Assembly (NCBI RefSeq): GCF_004010195.1
Contig: NC_057719.1
Location: 65,751,702 to 65,815,701, forward strand
Length of the DNA: 64,000 nt
Reading direction: 5' to 3'
DNA from: Chiloscyllium plagiosum
Lineage: Eukaryota
Each line of letters starts with the position of its first letter. The first letter of the stretch is position 1. Both the position numbers and the translations under genes were made by a program. The notes under the pieces are model-generated. The model worked only from the letters and a program-made list of their open reading frames with translations. It searched no databases and was not told the DNA's origin. This document shows, piece by piece, positions 27,120-40,832 of this stretch.

Positions 27120-28950
27120 GAGGTGTCTTTAGCAAATAGAATAAAGGAGAACCCTAAAGCTTTCTATAGGTGTTTGAGGAATAAAAGGATGATTAGGGTA
27201 GGAATAGGGCCAATCAAAGACAGAAGTGGGAAGTTGAGTGTGGAGATCAGAGAGGTGCTAAACGAACATTTCTCATCGGTTTTCACTCAGAAAAAAGAGG
27301 ATATTGTCGAGGAGACAAATGAGGTACGAGATATTAGACTAGAAAGGATCAAGGTTAGTTACGAACAGGTGTTATCAATTCTAGAAGGAGTGAAAATAAA
27401 CAAGTCCCCTGGGCTGGATTGGATTTATCCCAGGATTCTTTGGGAAGCTAGGGAGGAGATAGCAGAGCCTTTGGCTTTGATATTGGAGTCATCATTGACT
27501 ACAGGTTTGGTACCAGAGGACAGGAGGATTTCAAATGTTGTGCCCTTGTTCAAGAAGGGCAGCAGAGATGACCCAGGTAATTATAGACCAGTGAACCTTA
27601 CTTCTGTTGTAGGAAAGGTTTTGGAAAGGATTATAAGAGATAAGATTTATAATCATCTAGCAAGCAACAATTTGATTTCAGATAGTCAACATGGTTTCGT
27701 CAAGGGCAGGTCATGTCTCACAGACCTCACTGAGTTTTTTGAGAAGGTGACCAAGCATGTAGATGAGGGTAGAGTAGTTGACGTGGTGTACATGCACTTC
27801 AGTAAAGCCTTTGATAAGGTTCCACATGGTAGGCTGTTGGAGAAAATGCAGAGGCATGGGATTGAGGGTGATTTAGCAGTTTGGATTAGAAACTGGCTTT
27901 CTGAAAGAAGGCAGCGAGTGGTGGTTGATGGAAAATATTCAGCCTGGAGTCCGGTTACTAGTGGTGTGCCACAAGGATCTGGGACCACTGCTGTTTGTCA
28001 TTTTTATAAATGACTGAGATGCAGGCATAGGTGGATAGATTAGTAAATTTGCAGATGGCACTAAAGTCAGTTGAGTAGTGGACAGTGTGGAAGAATATTA
28101 CAAGTTGCAGGGGGACTTGGATAAACTGCAGAATTGGGCTGAGAGGTGGCAAATGGAGTTCAATGCAGCTAAATGTGAGGTGATGCACTTTGGTAAGAAT
28201 AACAGGAAGGCAGAGTACTGGGTTGATGGAAAGATTCTTGGTAGTGTGGATGTGCAGAGGGATCTTGGAGTCCATGTACATAGATCCCTCAAAGTTACCA
28301 CTCAGGTGGATAGTGCTGTTAAGAAGGCATACAGTGTGTTAGGTTTCATTCGTAGAGGGATTGAGTTCTGGAACCGCAATATCATGCTGCAACTATAGAA
28401 AACACTTGTGCGGCCACACTTGGAATATTGTGTACAGTCCTGGTCCCCATATTTTGGGTAGGATTTGGAAGCATTGGAAAAGGTGCAGAGGAGATTTACC
28501 AGGATGTTGCCTGGTCTGGAGGGAAGGTCTTATGAGAAAAGGCTGGGAGACTTGAACATGTTCTCATTGGCAAGAAGAAGGCTAAGAGGGGATTTGATAG
28601 AGACATACAAGATGATCAGAGGATTAGATAGGGTAGGCAGTGGAAGTCTTTTCCCTAGGATGATGACGTCAGCTTGTACAAGAGGGCATAACTACAAATT
28701 GAGGGGGTATAGATTTAAGACAGATGTCAGAGGCAGGTTCTTTACGCAGAGAGTGGTAAGGGCGTGGAATGACCTACCTGCTAATGTAGTCAACTCAGCC
28801 ACATTAGGGAGATTTAAACAATCCTTAGATGAGCACATGGATGATTTTGGGATAGTGCAGGGGGACGAGCTGAGAATAGTTCACAGGATGGCGCAACATC
28901 GAGGGCCGAAGGGCCTGTTCTGCGCGGTATTGTTCTATGTTCTATGTTCT
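27120..28950 (+). mobile_element. Relatively young CR1 LINE with the ORF2 RT domain broken by frameshifts and stops
   Basis: ORFs 27069-28013 ('NYRPVNLTS', 'SKAFDKVPH', 'GVPQGS'), 28078-28398 and 28465 onward; (tgttcta)n tail. Confidence 0.95.
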
Positions 28951-29091
28951 AAGAATATGGATATCTGTACAGGATGGGAAGCAGGAGACAATCAATGGTT
29001 TTATGATATTAAAAACATTGGTTTGGCACCTCGAAATGCAATCGAAAATGAGTCTTTTAGGCCATCATGGCAAATCGAAGCAGAGATTAAA

Positions 29092-29415
29092 TTATCTGTT
29101 TAGAAAACAGAATAAGGTGCTAAAGAGTGAAATCTGAAGGAGTACTGTTCCTTTAAAATTGGCAGCATTCCCAGGCTTTGTGCTTTTCAATTTTGTGCAT
29201 GCTTCCTGAGTAACATTTATATTCTCCCAGTTACATTTCACCTGAGCCAAGCAGATTGTTGTTAATGTTTCTTGGTAAACCTCATCCCAGTTTGAAGTAG
29301 GTGTAATCTGCAGTTCATTCCTACAGGGATTTCCTCCACAGCAAAGCTTTGCTTGTAAAAAGTGTGTTTTCTCACTCCTTTCAAACAAAAATAGTCTTCC
29401 ATTACTATTTGCCAA
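29092..29415 (-). pseudogene. Cys-rich open frame with a hydrophobic C-terminus; possible Ly6/uPAR-like or other GPI-anchored gene remnant
   Basis: 'CCGGNPCRN' resembles CCxxxxCN; ends 'GNAANFKGTVLLQISLFSTLFCFLNR*'; no ATG start or clear acceptor. Confidence 0.3.
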
Positions 29416-31478
29416 CAGTGTCAGATGTCAATGCAAGTTCAACAACATCCTCTCGTGGATGTTTAAAAATAACAGCTTTTCATTTGCTTAGTGGACAACC
29501 GACCTCAACTGGTGAAGGAGTAAGAAGTCAACCACCAAGTTGTGGTACCATCCTAAACCACAAAGGCACTGCTTTGTCAACAACAGCAGAGCCCTGCAAT
29601 TGAAGTGCTGTTGGTTCATACCACCGGGCACTTGTTTTTATACACAAGACTAAATATGTTGGGATTTTTGTTTCATTTTTAATCGCATTTACCATGAAGA
29701 CTGCATGGCAGAGCTGGTGTAACTGAAAGGTGCATTCATAATGTGATCAAAGAGGTTGATTGTCTGCCTGTAAATCCTTCTACAATTTGATGGTAGGAGG
29801 TAAGAGCAGCAGAGTTTCATGGTCAACCACACTGCAGTAGGCAGCAGCAAATCACTGCAGTACTTTGTCAAAGTGAATCAGGGACAGATCAAATGGAAAT
29901 CTATGGTTACCAACATCCTCTTAGGACAGGATATTACAAGGGACTTCATAAAGGACAGGATAAAAGAGGACATGGGGTGGAGGAGGGACAGGTAAATGCA
30001 ATTAATGGAAAATTAGAGATGTCCTTTTTAAAGAGATTTTAGACGAGGGAGCAGAAGTGTTGATGTCTTAGACCTCAGATTTTTTTTGCAATACTTTTGT
30101 GTATGTTGTGACGTTCTGTGGCTCTTGTACAGAAAGCAGCAAGGCAAATGGCTTGGCTGTGTGACTATATTAATTGGCAAGGCAAGCTCAAGCACAAATG
30201 CTAGGAGCAAACAGGTAGGCGTGAAGTTAGCAATTCTTAATAGAGCAAATGAACATCCCTGAGGTGCAGTCTGGTCCAGTCTGTGGATTTAGTGCCTCTT
30301 CCTGCCTGCGATGTGTCCCTGCTAACTGCTGGTGTGCCCTGCAATGCAAATACGTGCTTGCAGAGCACACTGCCAGTGAATGGTCAGGTGAAGCTCCAGG
30401 ATGGTCAAGATGGGTTGACAGATTAGCTATCAGGTGTCTGTGGTTAAAGAGTACATGTAGTTGGTGCACGTGGATCATATCTTGAGTTACCATTGACTGG
30501 TTTTTGACACAGGTCGCTCGGAATAAGCTGCACACTGAATCTAATAGATCAGGTTTGTTGTCTAGTTTTCTGAATGTTTAGCTTGTTTGATAAGATGGAA
30601 GTCTGAATATTAATATTGGGAGTTGCAGTGTTAAGGCATTTATAAGGTATAATGCACATCAGTTGGTATCTCGCCAGTACATACTGAGAATCTCACAACC
30701 CTATAAGCTTCTGCCCTCAATAAATGATGCTAAATGGCACCACTGCAACAGTCAATCCACAGCTACATTGTGAATTTGGAGTCTAATGATGGAGTAAAGA
30801 CGCTTGGGTAGATTAAGCAATGATGTACATTGACATTGAGTAGCTTTTTAAAAAGCATTAATGAAGAGGACAGGACCAGCTACAGCCTTTTGAGGGCAGT
30901 ACAGAAAGGGATACATTTATTTCATAGCTGTTCTGGACAAGGACAGAAGTAAAAACCTAAACAGATTTTACTCGAAAAATCCAGCACACATCTCCAACCT
31001 AAGTCAAATGATCAGATCCACCAAAATGAATCTGAAAGCCTGAAGTTCTAATGACCCAAATGGTTAGCTGTTGGTTCAGTGACTGGAAAGGCACAGGCTT
31101 GATGAAGATAGATCTTCTACATGTATTGTGACTTCATCCATGTAATGAATGTCGGTGGTGAGATGCCAGTTTTGTGAGGTCAACAGTGGAGTAGTCCAAC
31201 TCAGATGACAATTTGTGGATATTCACGCTTAACTTCTGATATGATTAATTCCCAAGTGAGAGTCCCAAATCCATTATGATCCCAGATCAGAAGGGAGGAA
31301 CTGGCTCCCCTCCTTTATCCAACTTACCTCAACACCCCACACATGTCAGTTAGTTGCAATATTACCCTACATAGAACATAGAACATTACAGTGCAGTATA
31401 GGCCCTTCGGCCCTCCATGTGGTGCTGACCTGTGAAACCAATCTGAAGCCCATCTAACCTACAGCAAAGGATTCCTTC

Positions 31479-31873
31479 TGTTATGAGTACCTTTCGCAGT
31501 TCCAAAGTATTTAGGTTTTAAAAAGAGCCAGTTTAACCAGACATTCTCAAGTTATAAGAAATGCAACACACTCTCGCGGATTCGAAATATGAAGTGAATA
31601 AAAGCAATTCAAAAAGAATTTTTAGTTTGCCCATGCAGTGTAGATGTTGCAAATAAAGAAGCTGCTTCTGGTCTATCCATTGAGCAGTTGGTCTGGAGAT
31701 CCTGGATTCTGAAGATTGACTCGGGGAGGGGAAGTGTTTGTTTCACCCTTTAACATCAAGATTTAGTTGCTGACTTGTTCCCAGCAATCAAAGAGCAAGA
31801 GAGGGACAGATCATTCTTTTTCTGTTTACCTGAAAGCATTCGTAGTGTCCAGTAGATGTTCTTCAATCGTAAC
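31479..31873. mobile_element. Possible degenerate solo LTR
   Basis: TGTTATG...CGTAAC termini resemble the 24999 LTR; flanks cttc/cttt. Confidence 0.4.
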
Positions 31874-31919
31874 CTTTGTAGCACATACTGACCCAGTAGC
31901 ACTCAAACACCAGATGAGT

Positions 31920-32225
31920 ACACAGGCACCAGAGGTATGGCTCAGTGGTTAGTACTGTTATCTCACAATGCCAGGGACTTGGGTTCAATTCCAGCTTTGG
32001 GTGATTGTGTGGAGTTTGCCCATTCTGCTTGGGTTTCCTCCCACAGTCTAAAGATATGCAGGTTAGATGAATTGGCCATGCTAAATTGCTCATTTTGTTC
32101 AGGGATGTGTGGGTTAGGTGCATTAGTCAGGGGTAAATTTAGTGTAGGGGGTGGGTTACTCTTCGGAGGGTTGGTGTGGACTTGTTGGGCCAAAGGGCCT
32201 GTTTCCACACAGTAGGGATTCTATA
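31920..32225 (+). mobile_element. HE1-like SINE
   Basis: A box tggctcagtgg, B box ggttcaattcc, CR1-like 3' end. Confidence 0.9.
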
Positions 32226-33026
32226 AAGAGGTTACAACAAGGTTCAACTCCTTGGCTTCAGTATTGCTGGCAGGGCAAAAAACAGACATGTCTTTCACTC
32301 AGAGTGTGTTTCCCTTCCTTTGAAGCATTTATTTGAAATTTCTTGACATCTATCCAAGTATGAAACTCCATGATCTCTCTTGAGGCTGGATATAATCCAC
32401 AAAGGAATTTTCCAGTCAGTTCCAAGTGAGCTGCATCCTTAGGTTTGCATGTCCTTCTTTCTAAAAACAAAACAAAATCAACCTGTCTTGCTTATAAGTT
32501 CAAATTATTGACACATTTATCCAGTGCAGCATTTGTGCAAGAATAATAGGGTAATAACATGATATTTGTATCCTTGTTATCTTGGGATAAAATCTGAATA
32601 ATTGTTGGTTCACTGTTTATTGACTAACAGAAAAAAAGGTGATATTCCAGATAAGCCCAATTGACATAATAGCTGTTATACGAGTCACAATAATGTCAAA
32701 ACTTTGTTTCTGAAACTTATCATTCAAATTTATACTGTGTATATGATTCATCAGATATAGAAATAGACTCCTATAACCTGATAAACTGTGTCCACAGCAA
32801 TATATGGTAACACACTTCTTAGTTCTGGCTGTGATTGAGAGGCTGGATGGGTAACTATACCACTATACCTGTATAAGTACTTAATGTTTATTGCATATTT
32901 TGGAATTGGAATTTATTACAAAATTTACTTTCCCATCCTTGTATTTTTGAAAATTATACCCTTTTGAACTTTGTTCTTTCTTGTTAAGTTTGAAATCCCG
33001 CATTTATATCTCCCATTATCAATTGC

Positions 33027-33202
33027 ACAACACCAGGTTATAGTCCAATAGGTTTATTTGGAAGTACTAGCTTTTGGAGTGCTGCTCCTTCATCAGGTAG
33101 CTGCCTGATGAAGGAGCAGCGCTCCAAAAGCTAGTACCTCCAACCCAGTGTTATATGATTTTTAACTTTGTCCACCTCAGTCCAGCACCTGCACCTCCAC
33201 AT
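33027..33202. mobile_element. Inverted pair of PLE pLTR fragments, each with a hammerhead motif
   Basis: TSD cattatcaa[t/a]tgc; CTGATGA-A-GGAGC agc GCTCC-aAAAG-CTA-GT on + with a near-identical mirror on -. Confidence 0.85.
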
Positions 33203-34738
33203 CATTATCAAATGCCTGCAATCAATCATCCCAAAACTTGAACAGTAAAGTTATCCTGAGAACAGATACTTTTAACAAGTGTGGACAAAACTGGGATGAA
33301 GATCTTGCATATACATTACAGAAGCAATATTTAAGTTAGGTATCTGGTCCAGTCATCACAATTCATTCTCAGTATTCAAAATTCACAATTGTTGATCAAA
33401 ATATCCTAATTGATTAATTTTTTATTTGTCTTCGAACTGGCCTGCAGCTGCCTAATGCTGTTGATACACAGAGACTGAGTGAGACGGAGGGGCAAGAAAC
33501 ATACTTGAGGGTTCTCCAATCTGAGAAGAAATAAATAACATTTCAGAGATGTTTGTTAAAGCAGCACACATACTGTGAACAATGTTTGATAAGTTTTTCA
33601 GTTAAGTGGAAGTTAGAAATAAAATTGGAGCGCTTGAAAATTGTCTGCATGTGACAAAGTAAGATCCTCTGAATCTTAACCCTCTCAGAAAAAAAAGGCC
33701 TTGATGAAACTAGAGCCTGTACAATGTCCTGACAGGGTTACACTGAGAGGTTGTTTTCACTGGCTAGGTAATCTAGAATTTGAGGAGACAATCTCCAACA
33801 AAGGGTCAATTGTTTTAGGTTAAGATAAGGAGAAATTCTTGCCCTCAGAATCTTTGGAGTTATCTATTCCAGAGGGATGGATATGTTCCATCCTTCAGTG
33901 CATTTAAAGCCAGGCTTGATAAACATTTGGTCTCTCAATTTTTCAAGAGATATGGTAATTGGACATGAAAACATTTCAGCAGAGGTTCTCCTCTAATAAT
34001 ATTAAAATGCAGAGCAGATTTGAGGACCAATGATCAACTTCTGGTCCGACTTCTTATGTTCTTATGAAGAGGTAGTTTAGACATGAGATATGGTCACTTT
34101 TCAACACTACCAGCAACTTGAGTCATTGGCACATCCAGGTGACCATTGTGTCTTCATCACTGGGACAAGGAATTCAAGCCACACTTTCTTGCTGATTAGC
34201 TCCAATTACCTTGGCCATCGAGCAAGACATAGAGAAATGTGTCAGCATTGTTCCATAAGGTACTTCACTTTTCATTCCACTTGCCTCCTAAGATCACCTT
34301 AATGTGCATTATGTCTACTTTGTACGAAACGTATTTATGGTATGACAGCCTGTTTATGTGTAGCTTCAGATCATTAAATACTGTCCCATTTTCAGCATGC
34401 CTTTGAGGTAGTATATACACCAAAAACATGTTATGTCTCAGTGCACAAACAGACCGTAACTTCTGGCACAGGTTCATATCCGTGCGGTTCTTGAGGTTAC
34501 AGGCATGTAGGTGGTGAAGAGAACAATGAGCAGATCAGAAGCTGTTTCTGCAAGCATCAACGTTCATGTCAGGTTACAAGTTCCATCTTGTGTAGCTATC
34601 AGTGGATCAAGACATTTTTTGGCGGAAGCGGACTTTTATTAGAACTTAAGTCTTGTGGACAGTTTAAACATTAAATCCCAGTTCAATATCATTAGATTGT
34701 TAAACAGCCTGACTTTAATTTGCTTAAATCTGACCAAG

Positions 34739-34948
34739 AGTATGGTGCTGGGAAAGCATAGTTGGTCAGGCAGCACCTGAGGAACAGGAGAGTTGATGAT
34801 TTGAGCATAAGCTCCTCATCAGGAAGAAGAGCTTATGCTCGAAATGTCGACTCTCTTGCTCCTCGGATGCTGCCTGACCTGCTGTGCTTTTCCAGCACCA
34901 CACTCTTCGACTCTGATCACCAGCATCTGCAGTCTTCACTTTCTCCTC
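34739..34948. mobile_element. Inverted pair of PLE pLTR fragments
   Basis: 16-bp TSD cttaaatctgaccaag (34723-34738 / 34949-34964); arms meet at the hammerhead motif near 34825. Confidence 0.9.
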
Positions 34949-36017
34949 CTTAAATCTGACCAAGCATTCCTCCCGAAGGACCAGTCACATGTATGGGTAG
35001 AATGTTTATTCCAATAGGGAGGTGAGTGCTGGAGGCGGGTAATTTTGAGGGTCAGGATTTTTTGGAATGAGGGAGTTTGCAGGGAGAAATGTGGGCGAGC
35101 CTGAAACCCAATTCTTCCTGCACTGAAACTATTGAACGCTTTCTGGAAAACTTCCAACACCTTCTCCTCAACACCTGGTTTCAATGAATGAAGTGGACAC
35201 AACAGTCCTCTGTAGTCAGTATTGAGCCCCTCAGCAGGGTATACAAACAGCATATAGTTATGGTAGTGAGGTGCAGCAATTGTACGGCAATGGAAAATAA
35301 ATTTTCACTGGCAATTTTAATTCTGTGAGCATCCCTTACTAACAGGATAGGTTAACATCACCTTTGTCTTTTGTCATTACACCGCCATAGTAATGGACAT
35401 GAAAGCAAATTTCCACTTGGACTGATTATATGTGTGCAGCCACTGACTAAAATAAAAGTTGTCTCCTTTATTACATAATAAATCCTTCCAAAGAATGGTG
35501 AGAATGTAAAAACCCACAGGGTGTAGTTGAAGAGATTATGGAGGCATTTTAAGAAAAACTAGGCAAACATTTGAAGGAAATAAGGGATAGATTATTATGA
35601 GGTTAGATTTATCATGAGCCCCAGGAAATAAGTAACCCAGCACATAAGGTGACCCATATTCCTGATCTCAAAAGTAATGCTTTTACATTGGCTCAGTGTA
35701 GAAGTCAAACCACCATGCTCAGCCCATCCTTTCAGCCATGTTGTGCTATATTTACATTGGTAAGCCCATGACAGTTTTTCTCTCCATTAATGCATACTCA
35801 TAATTGAGCAGAAAGCATTTAGCAAGCAATATGGGTTGTGCTAACAAATGTGCATGGGAGTTTAAGACATATCTAGCTTTTGTATCTGAAGCACATGACA
35901 TTTCAAAACAGAGAATAGGAACATAGAATTAGGAGAATACCCCAGCATTCAATATGATTGTGATCAAACATTCCAATACTTTTACACAGCACTTCTCTAT
36001 AATTCTGTCCCACTACT

Positions 36018-36109
36018 GGCAATCAGAATTTTATCAATTTCTATTTTAAACATACTTATATATGGTAATCAGAATTTTATCAATTTCTATTTTAAACATA
36101 CTTATATAT
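36018..36109. repeat. 46-bp tandem duplication
   Basis: gg[c/t]aatcagaattttatcaatttctattttaaacatacttatatat occurs twice. Confidence 0.95.
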
Positions 36110-36884
36110 CTACATATAAGTTAAACATTGTTTTTGGAGAGATTTCTTGAGGGTTCACAAATTAACATGTATGTTAACATTTATATTAGACAAAGAATGA
36201 TTAAAGGAGGTCAAAACACCAGCTTGAACTGATTTCCAGTGCTATGCATGTTGAGGTGTACAAGGGAATAAATATTAGCTCTGAAACATTTATTTTAATT
36301 AATATTGAATTGCTTTTACTAATCAATGTCAATAGCTTGACCAGTATTCAGATCACAAGCTGCAGATGGATGGTAATTGGAGAGATGTTGACATTTTATT
36401 ATGTGGAGGAACCAGTGTTGGACTGGGGTGGATAAAGTTAAAAATTACACAACACCAGGTTATAGTCCAACAGGTTTATTTGGATGAGCTGAATTTTATG
36501 GAGGGTGAAAAATTTGCAATTAATCTCAAGGGTTGGAATCTTATAGGGGTCTAAGTGGACTATGGCAAGATCTGTAGCCGAATTGGATAAGAAGAGACCT
36601 ATCTCAACATTGGGAGAATTTCATGCCAACTTTTATGGTTTTGACAATCGATGTGGAGAGTTTCTCACTAGGCAAGATTGAGTTGCCATTTCAGAGGGAA
36701 TATAGCTTGGTAAGTGCCTTATGAATGGTTGGACTTGCCTCATTAGTACACAGTAACCCATCTTACCAAACAAGGTAGGTGTTGGGAAATCTCAAAATTG
36801 AAATCAGTGTATCAATCTGGCAAGTTCAGATCACTAAGAGAAAGTGGTGGATGCAGGTACAGTTACAACATTTAAAAGACTTTT

Positions 36885-37215
36885 TTTTCCCTTTATTCAT
36901 TCACAGAATGAAGGATCATTGGCTCGGCAGCATTTTCTGCCCATAAGGAATTAACAGTAAACCACATTTCTGTGAGTCTGGAGTGACATGTAGGCCATAC
37001 CAGGTAAGGATGGCAGTTTCCTTCCCTAAAGGACATTAGTGAATCAGATAGGGTATTGCTGACAATTGTCAATGGATTCATGGTCATCATTAATTCCAGA
37101 CTTTCTTCTTATTGAATTCAAATTCCACCAACTGCTATAATGGGATTTGAACCTGGGTCCACAGAACATTTATCTAAGTCTCTGAATCAACAGTTCAACG
37201 ATAATACCACTAGAA
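36885..37215 (-). mobile_element. SINE with a tRNA-like head and LINE-shared tail, nested in a CR1 3' fragment (36780-37350)
   Basis: gggatttgaacc is a minus-strand B box; same family at 17790-18120, 22255-22510 and 51055-51360. Confidence 0.75.
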
Positions 37216-38115
37216 TAATTTCATGAATAGGAAAGGTTTGGAGAGATATAGGTCAAGCAGCAGCTGGGACTAGTTTAGGTTGGGAACATGATCAGTATGG
37301 ATTATTTGGACCAACAGGTCTGTTTCATGCTGTTTGACTTCGATTCTATAACCAATAAAGCGCTGGTTCAGTTGGGCTGAACATCTCATCTGGTAACAAG
37401 GTGTAAGCCAGATAGACTTAAATCTATGTCTCTTGGGCTTGATGATGAAAACCATACCAGGGGAAGTTCTGGTGTGGGAGGGAGCAAGCATATTTTTGGG
37501 AAAAAGCAATTAAGTAGATTAATAGACAAAGAAATCAATGGAGAGCCAAAGGTTAGGTGATTGGAATTTTGCAAGTGATTTGTGGGAAGAGATGTTTTCA
37601 GGGTCTATGAGAGTAGAGTTGAAGGGGGATAGAGAGTTATGGTGGTACAACAAAGTGGTCAATGATAGCACTGTATTTTGATTGAGATTAAGTGAAAAGT
37701 GATGCTACAAAAAGGGGTTGCCAAAAAATATGGGAGGGGAGTTTCAAAAAGGAGCAAGTTGTTAACACTATAAGCCAGATTTTGCATGACTGTCCGACTG
37801 TCCATGCAATGTTCTCCAACAGCAGCATGAACAGTGAGTAGCTCGTTGTAGGGCCTGAAGTGCAGAAAGGAGTGTGTTTATATGTCTAACGGATTGAGAA
37901 AGCTGAACACGGAGGTCTTTGATGTGGTGATCTGCCTGAATACATTGGGTGGGAAGGTTGGTGAGAGACAAAGAAGATGATGTTATTGTCCATAACGATT
38001 GGAATCTTCCAGGTGGGTGGAAGTGGGTTTGAAGGTGAGACTGGGAGGAATTACACAGAAGTTGAAAGGATCCATTCCCATCTGTGGTGCTCTCTACAAA
38101 GATGAATGAACACTT

Positions 38116-38772
38116 TGTTATGGACTAGGCCAGACCATTCAATACATTCTTAAGCAGGCAAACCAGACCATAACTTTGCAATTTGTTCCAGTAAGTGTAC
38201 AGTGAAAATTACCCAGAGTAAGTTAGCTAGGTTGACTACCAGGTTTTAAAACAGACAGAAATTTATTCACAAAATTACACAATGAAACACAAAGAACAGA
38301 ATAAAGAACCTCTACAGAACTCAATCTATCCAAACTCGACTTAATTACGCTGCTCCGAATGTATACAACAGTCCCAATCAGCAAACCCCCTTTAAAAAAA
38401 ACAGTACAAATGGAACAAATGCTTACAGGTTGAAGTTAGAAGGGCAGAAGGAAAGAGAGAGTTTTTTTAGCAACCTGTTTCCACACAGCTCACTGTTGAA
38501 CTCCTAAATAGTTCTGGACTGAACTGCTCAGCTAGAGAGCTGACCACTCACTTTCATTACACAGGTGACTTCTAAAACATGGCCACTTTGGCCTGAAGAC
38601 TCATCTGTTTACATATAAACAAAAGACCTCTCAAAATCCTTTTTCATCTCTGTACCAAACTAGTCTAATCAGAAGCGGGAGGTGCTTATGACCCCCTTGA
38701 AACAAAAACCAAGGACACAGTATCCTTGAGAAAAGGAACAGCTTTTAGAAAAATGGGTCCAGCTCTGTGGCA
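38116..38772 (-). mobile_element. Solo LTR (657 bp)
   Basis: TG...CA termini; 4-bp TSD ACTT (38112-38115 / 38773-38776); orientation inferred from a minus-strand AATAAA near 38265. Confidence 0.85.
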
Positions 38773-38944
38773 ACTTGTAGAGGCTGCCCTTCAGCACCAG
38801 GTAATCAGTATTTTTTTTAAACAGATTCAAATATTTTGTAGTACAGAATGCACGTATTACTGGAAGCAAACATATTTTGTCAAAGCTTTTTGTTTTATAC
38901 TCAACAGGACAATATTTTTAAAAAATCAAAATAAAGGGGAATAA

Positions 38945-39310
38945 ACATTCATACCATACAAGGGAATACTGATTGGTTAGCTAGTGGACTCTGACTAGGA
39001 AAGATGCTGCTATGAAGAGACCACAATTTAATGATGATTGACAGTTAACTGCCAAGCTCTGTTTTAATATTAAAAAAGGCACACTGACTCTGATTGGTGA
39101 AAGTTTGTCTGTAAAATGAATCTGGCTGTCACATATTTTGTTACATTTAAACAGGTGTATTTTGTGTCTATGTTCATTTTACCTACAAGAACAGGGCACT
39201 ATTTATTGCTATATGTAGCTCCCAGTACACACAAGTACATCACACACAGGGCTTCCAACAATATGTCTTTTTTCAGCAGTACTCGGATTAAAACCTATTC
39301 AATGGCCTCA
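38945..39310 (-). mobile_element. Decayed PLE 3' end (GIY-YIG C-terminus)
   Basis: Minus strand 'LCVLGATYSNK*CPVL' resembles the PLE C-terminal 'LEATYI....PVLC' motif. Confidence 0.55.
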
Positions 39311-40832
39311 AGATAGAGGTACCTTAATATCACCTTTCCAACAATGAGTGTTGTAGGATTGCATGATTAAGCAATGAGAAATAAAGTACATTCTGTTTAA
39401 CTGTAATTGTGGTTAGTTGTAAAACACTTTGTGTAAAGATGAATAGCCGTATTTGGCCATTGCTGGGAAGATCTTGCAGGCAGGAGCCCATTGTCAGTCG
39501 GACTGTGGTCAAGTTCCAGAAGTGGTCCTGACCCTTAATGATGTTCTGAGGAAAGGTTCCACCCCAAAGAGGAAGAAGTGGATGCTGCCATCACTGGCTA
39601 TTCAGACCATGCTGAGTGGCACCATCTCATTGAAAGGCTACTTGTATCTGAAGTGGCAGCATCACTGGAGAAGGAAGACAAGTCCTCATCTGACAATTAA
39701 TCAGAAAGGCAGCACCTTCTGCAATGTAGTTCTCCCTCATTAAAAACATTGAAAGGACAGCCTACATTATCTGCTCATTTTTCTATAGTGGTGGCTTAAC
39801 CTACAACCTCGGCCTCATTGGCGAGAATGCTCCAACAGATTAAACATATTTGTGTGTATGTCTGTATATGTCTTTGTGTTTTTTTGTGCATCTTCAATAA
39901 GAGAAATAACAAATACTGTTATTTAAAGAGAAGTTTTTATTCATTGTACACACAATTACACATAGAGTAGTTAGGTCTCATGATGGTGATCATGGATATA
40001 TAGGATGTCAGGTTTACGTAAATCATGACAGTTGTACCACATATATTTGTTATTCTTTTTCCACTATTTTCACTTTCTCATTATTTCCATGATGTTAACC
40101 AGTCCAGCGCTTAACAGTTTTAAAGGAAAGCTTTCACAATATATTGCAAAAATAGCATGTGACGGTTAAACACCTATTCAATCCTAATGATATTCACATT
40201 TAATTGCACTTAAAATTTAAAGTTGCATTTTGTAACTTTGGCAGCACTGCTAGCTTAAATTACTGTCTTTGTAATTTACCCACGCCATTACTTTTCCTAG
40301 TTTCACATTTTGTGAACCTGGACAAATTAGAAAACACATATTGATTTGTTGCTACACATTATGTTCTGAGGTCAAAGTGCACAAAGTGTCAAATAATTGG
40401 AAAAAATATCATAGTGAGACACATGCTTAAAATCTGGTATTGTTTTCAAAGAGGTTAATTATTACAGGATCACTCATTTCTACATTTGTCCGTGCACTTC
40501 TCCTTGGCCTCTGCTATAGGCATGTGACCTTTAAAGTGACTCATTGCATCAGCTGCAGCAGTAAAAAATGTGCTGTTTAGTAGGTCATAACCTGTATGTT
40601 TGGAACAAACAGAATTCCAATCAGTTCAATCCCACACTAAAAATGCTGTCCAATCTTGCTGCATGCACAAACGAATATGTGAATGTAAGTTGGTCTTATA
40701 GTAATTGCATGTGAAGAGGAGACAAACAAAACCATTATCCAAGAAGAACTTCATTTTCGAAAAAGCCAATCAGCAATGTTCACAAGGTGCCTTTTGCAGG
40801 CATCTGTGCGTATATTAACATCTTTTCAATCC

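Noticed and set aside
27069..29103. Functional reverse transcriptase gene
   Set aside because: 5'-truncated CR1 with frameshifts and stops; not an intact or domesticated ORF
35040..35253. Protein-like minus-strand frame 'LKPGVEEKVLEVFQKAFNSF'
   Set aside because: No convincing splice sites or recognisable homology
37380..38090. Purine-rich segment with a minus-strand ORF
   Set aside because: Most likely a heavily decayed Penelope 5' region; too degenerate to call
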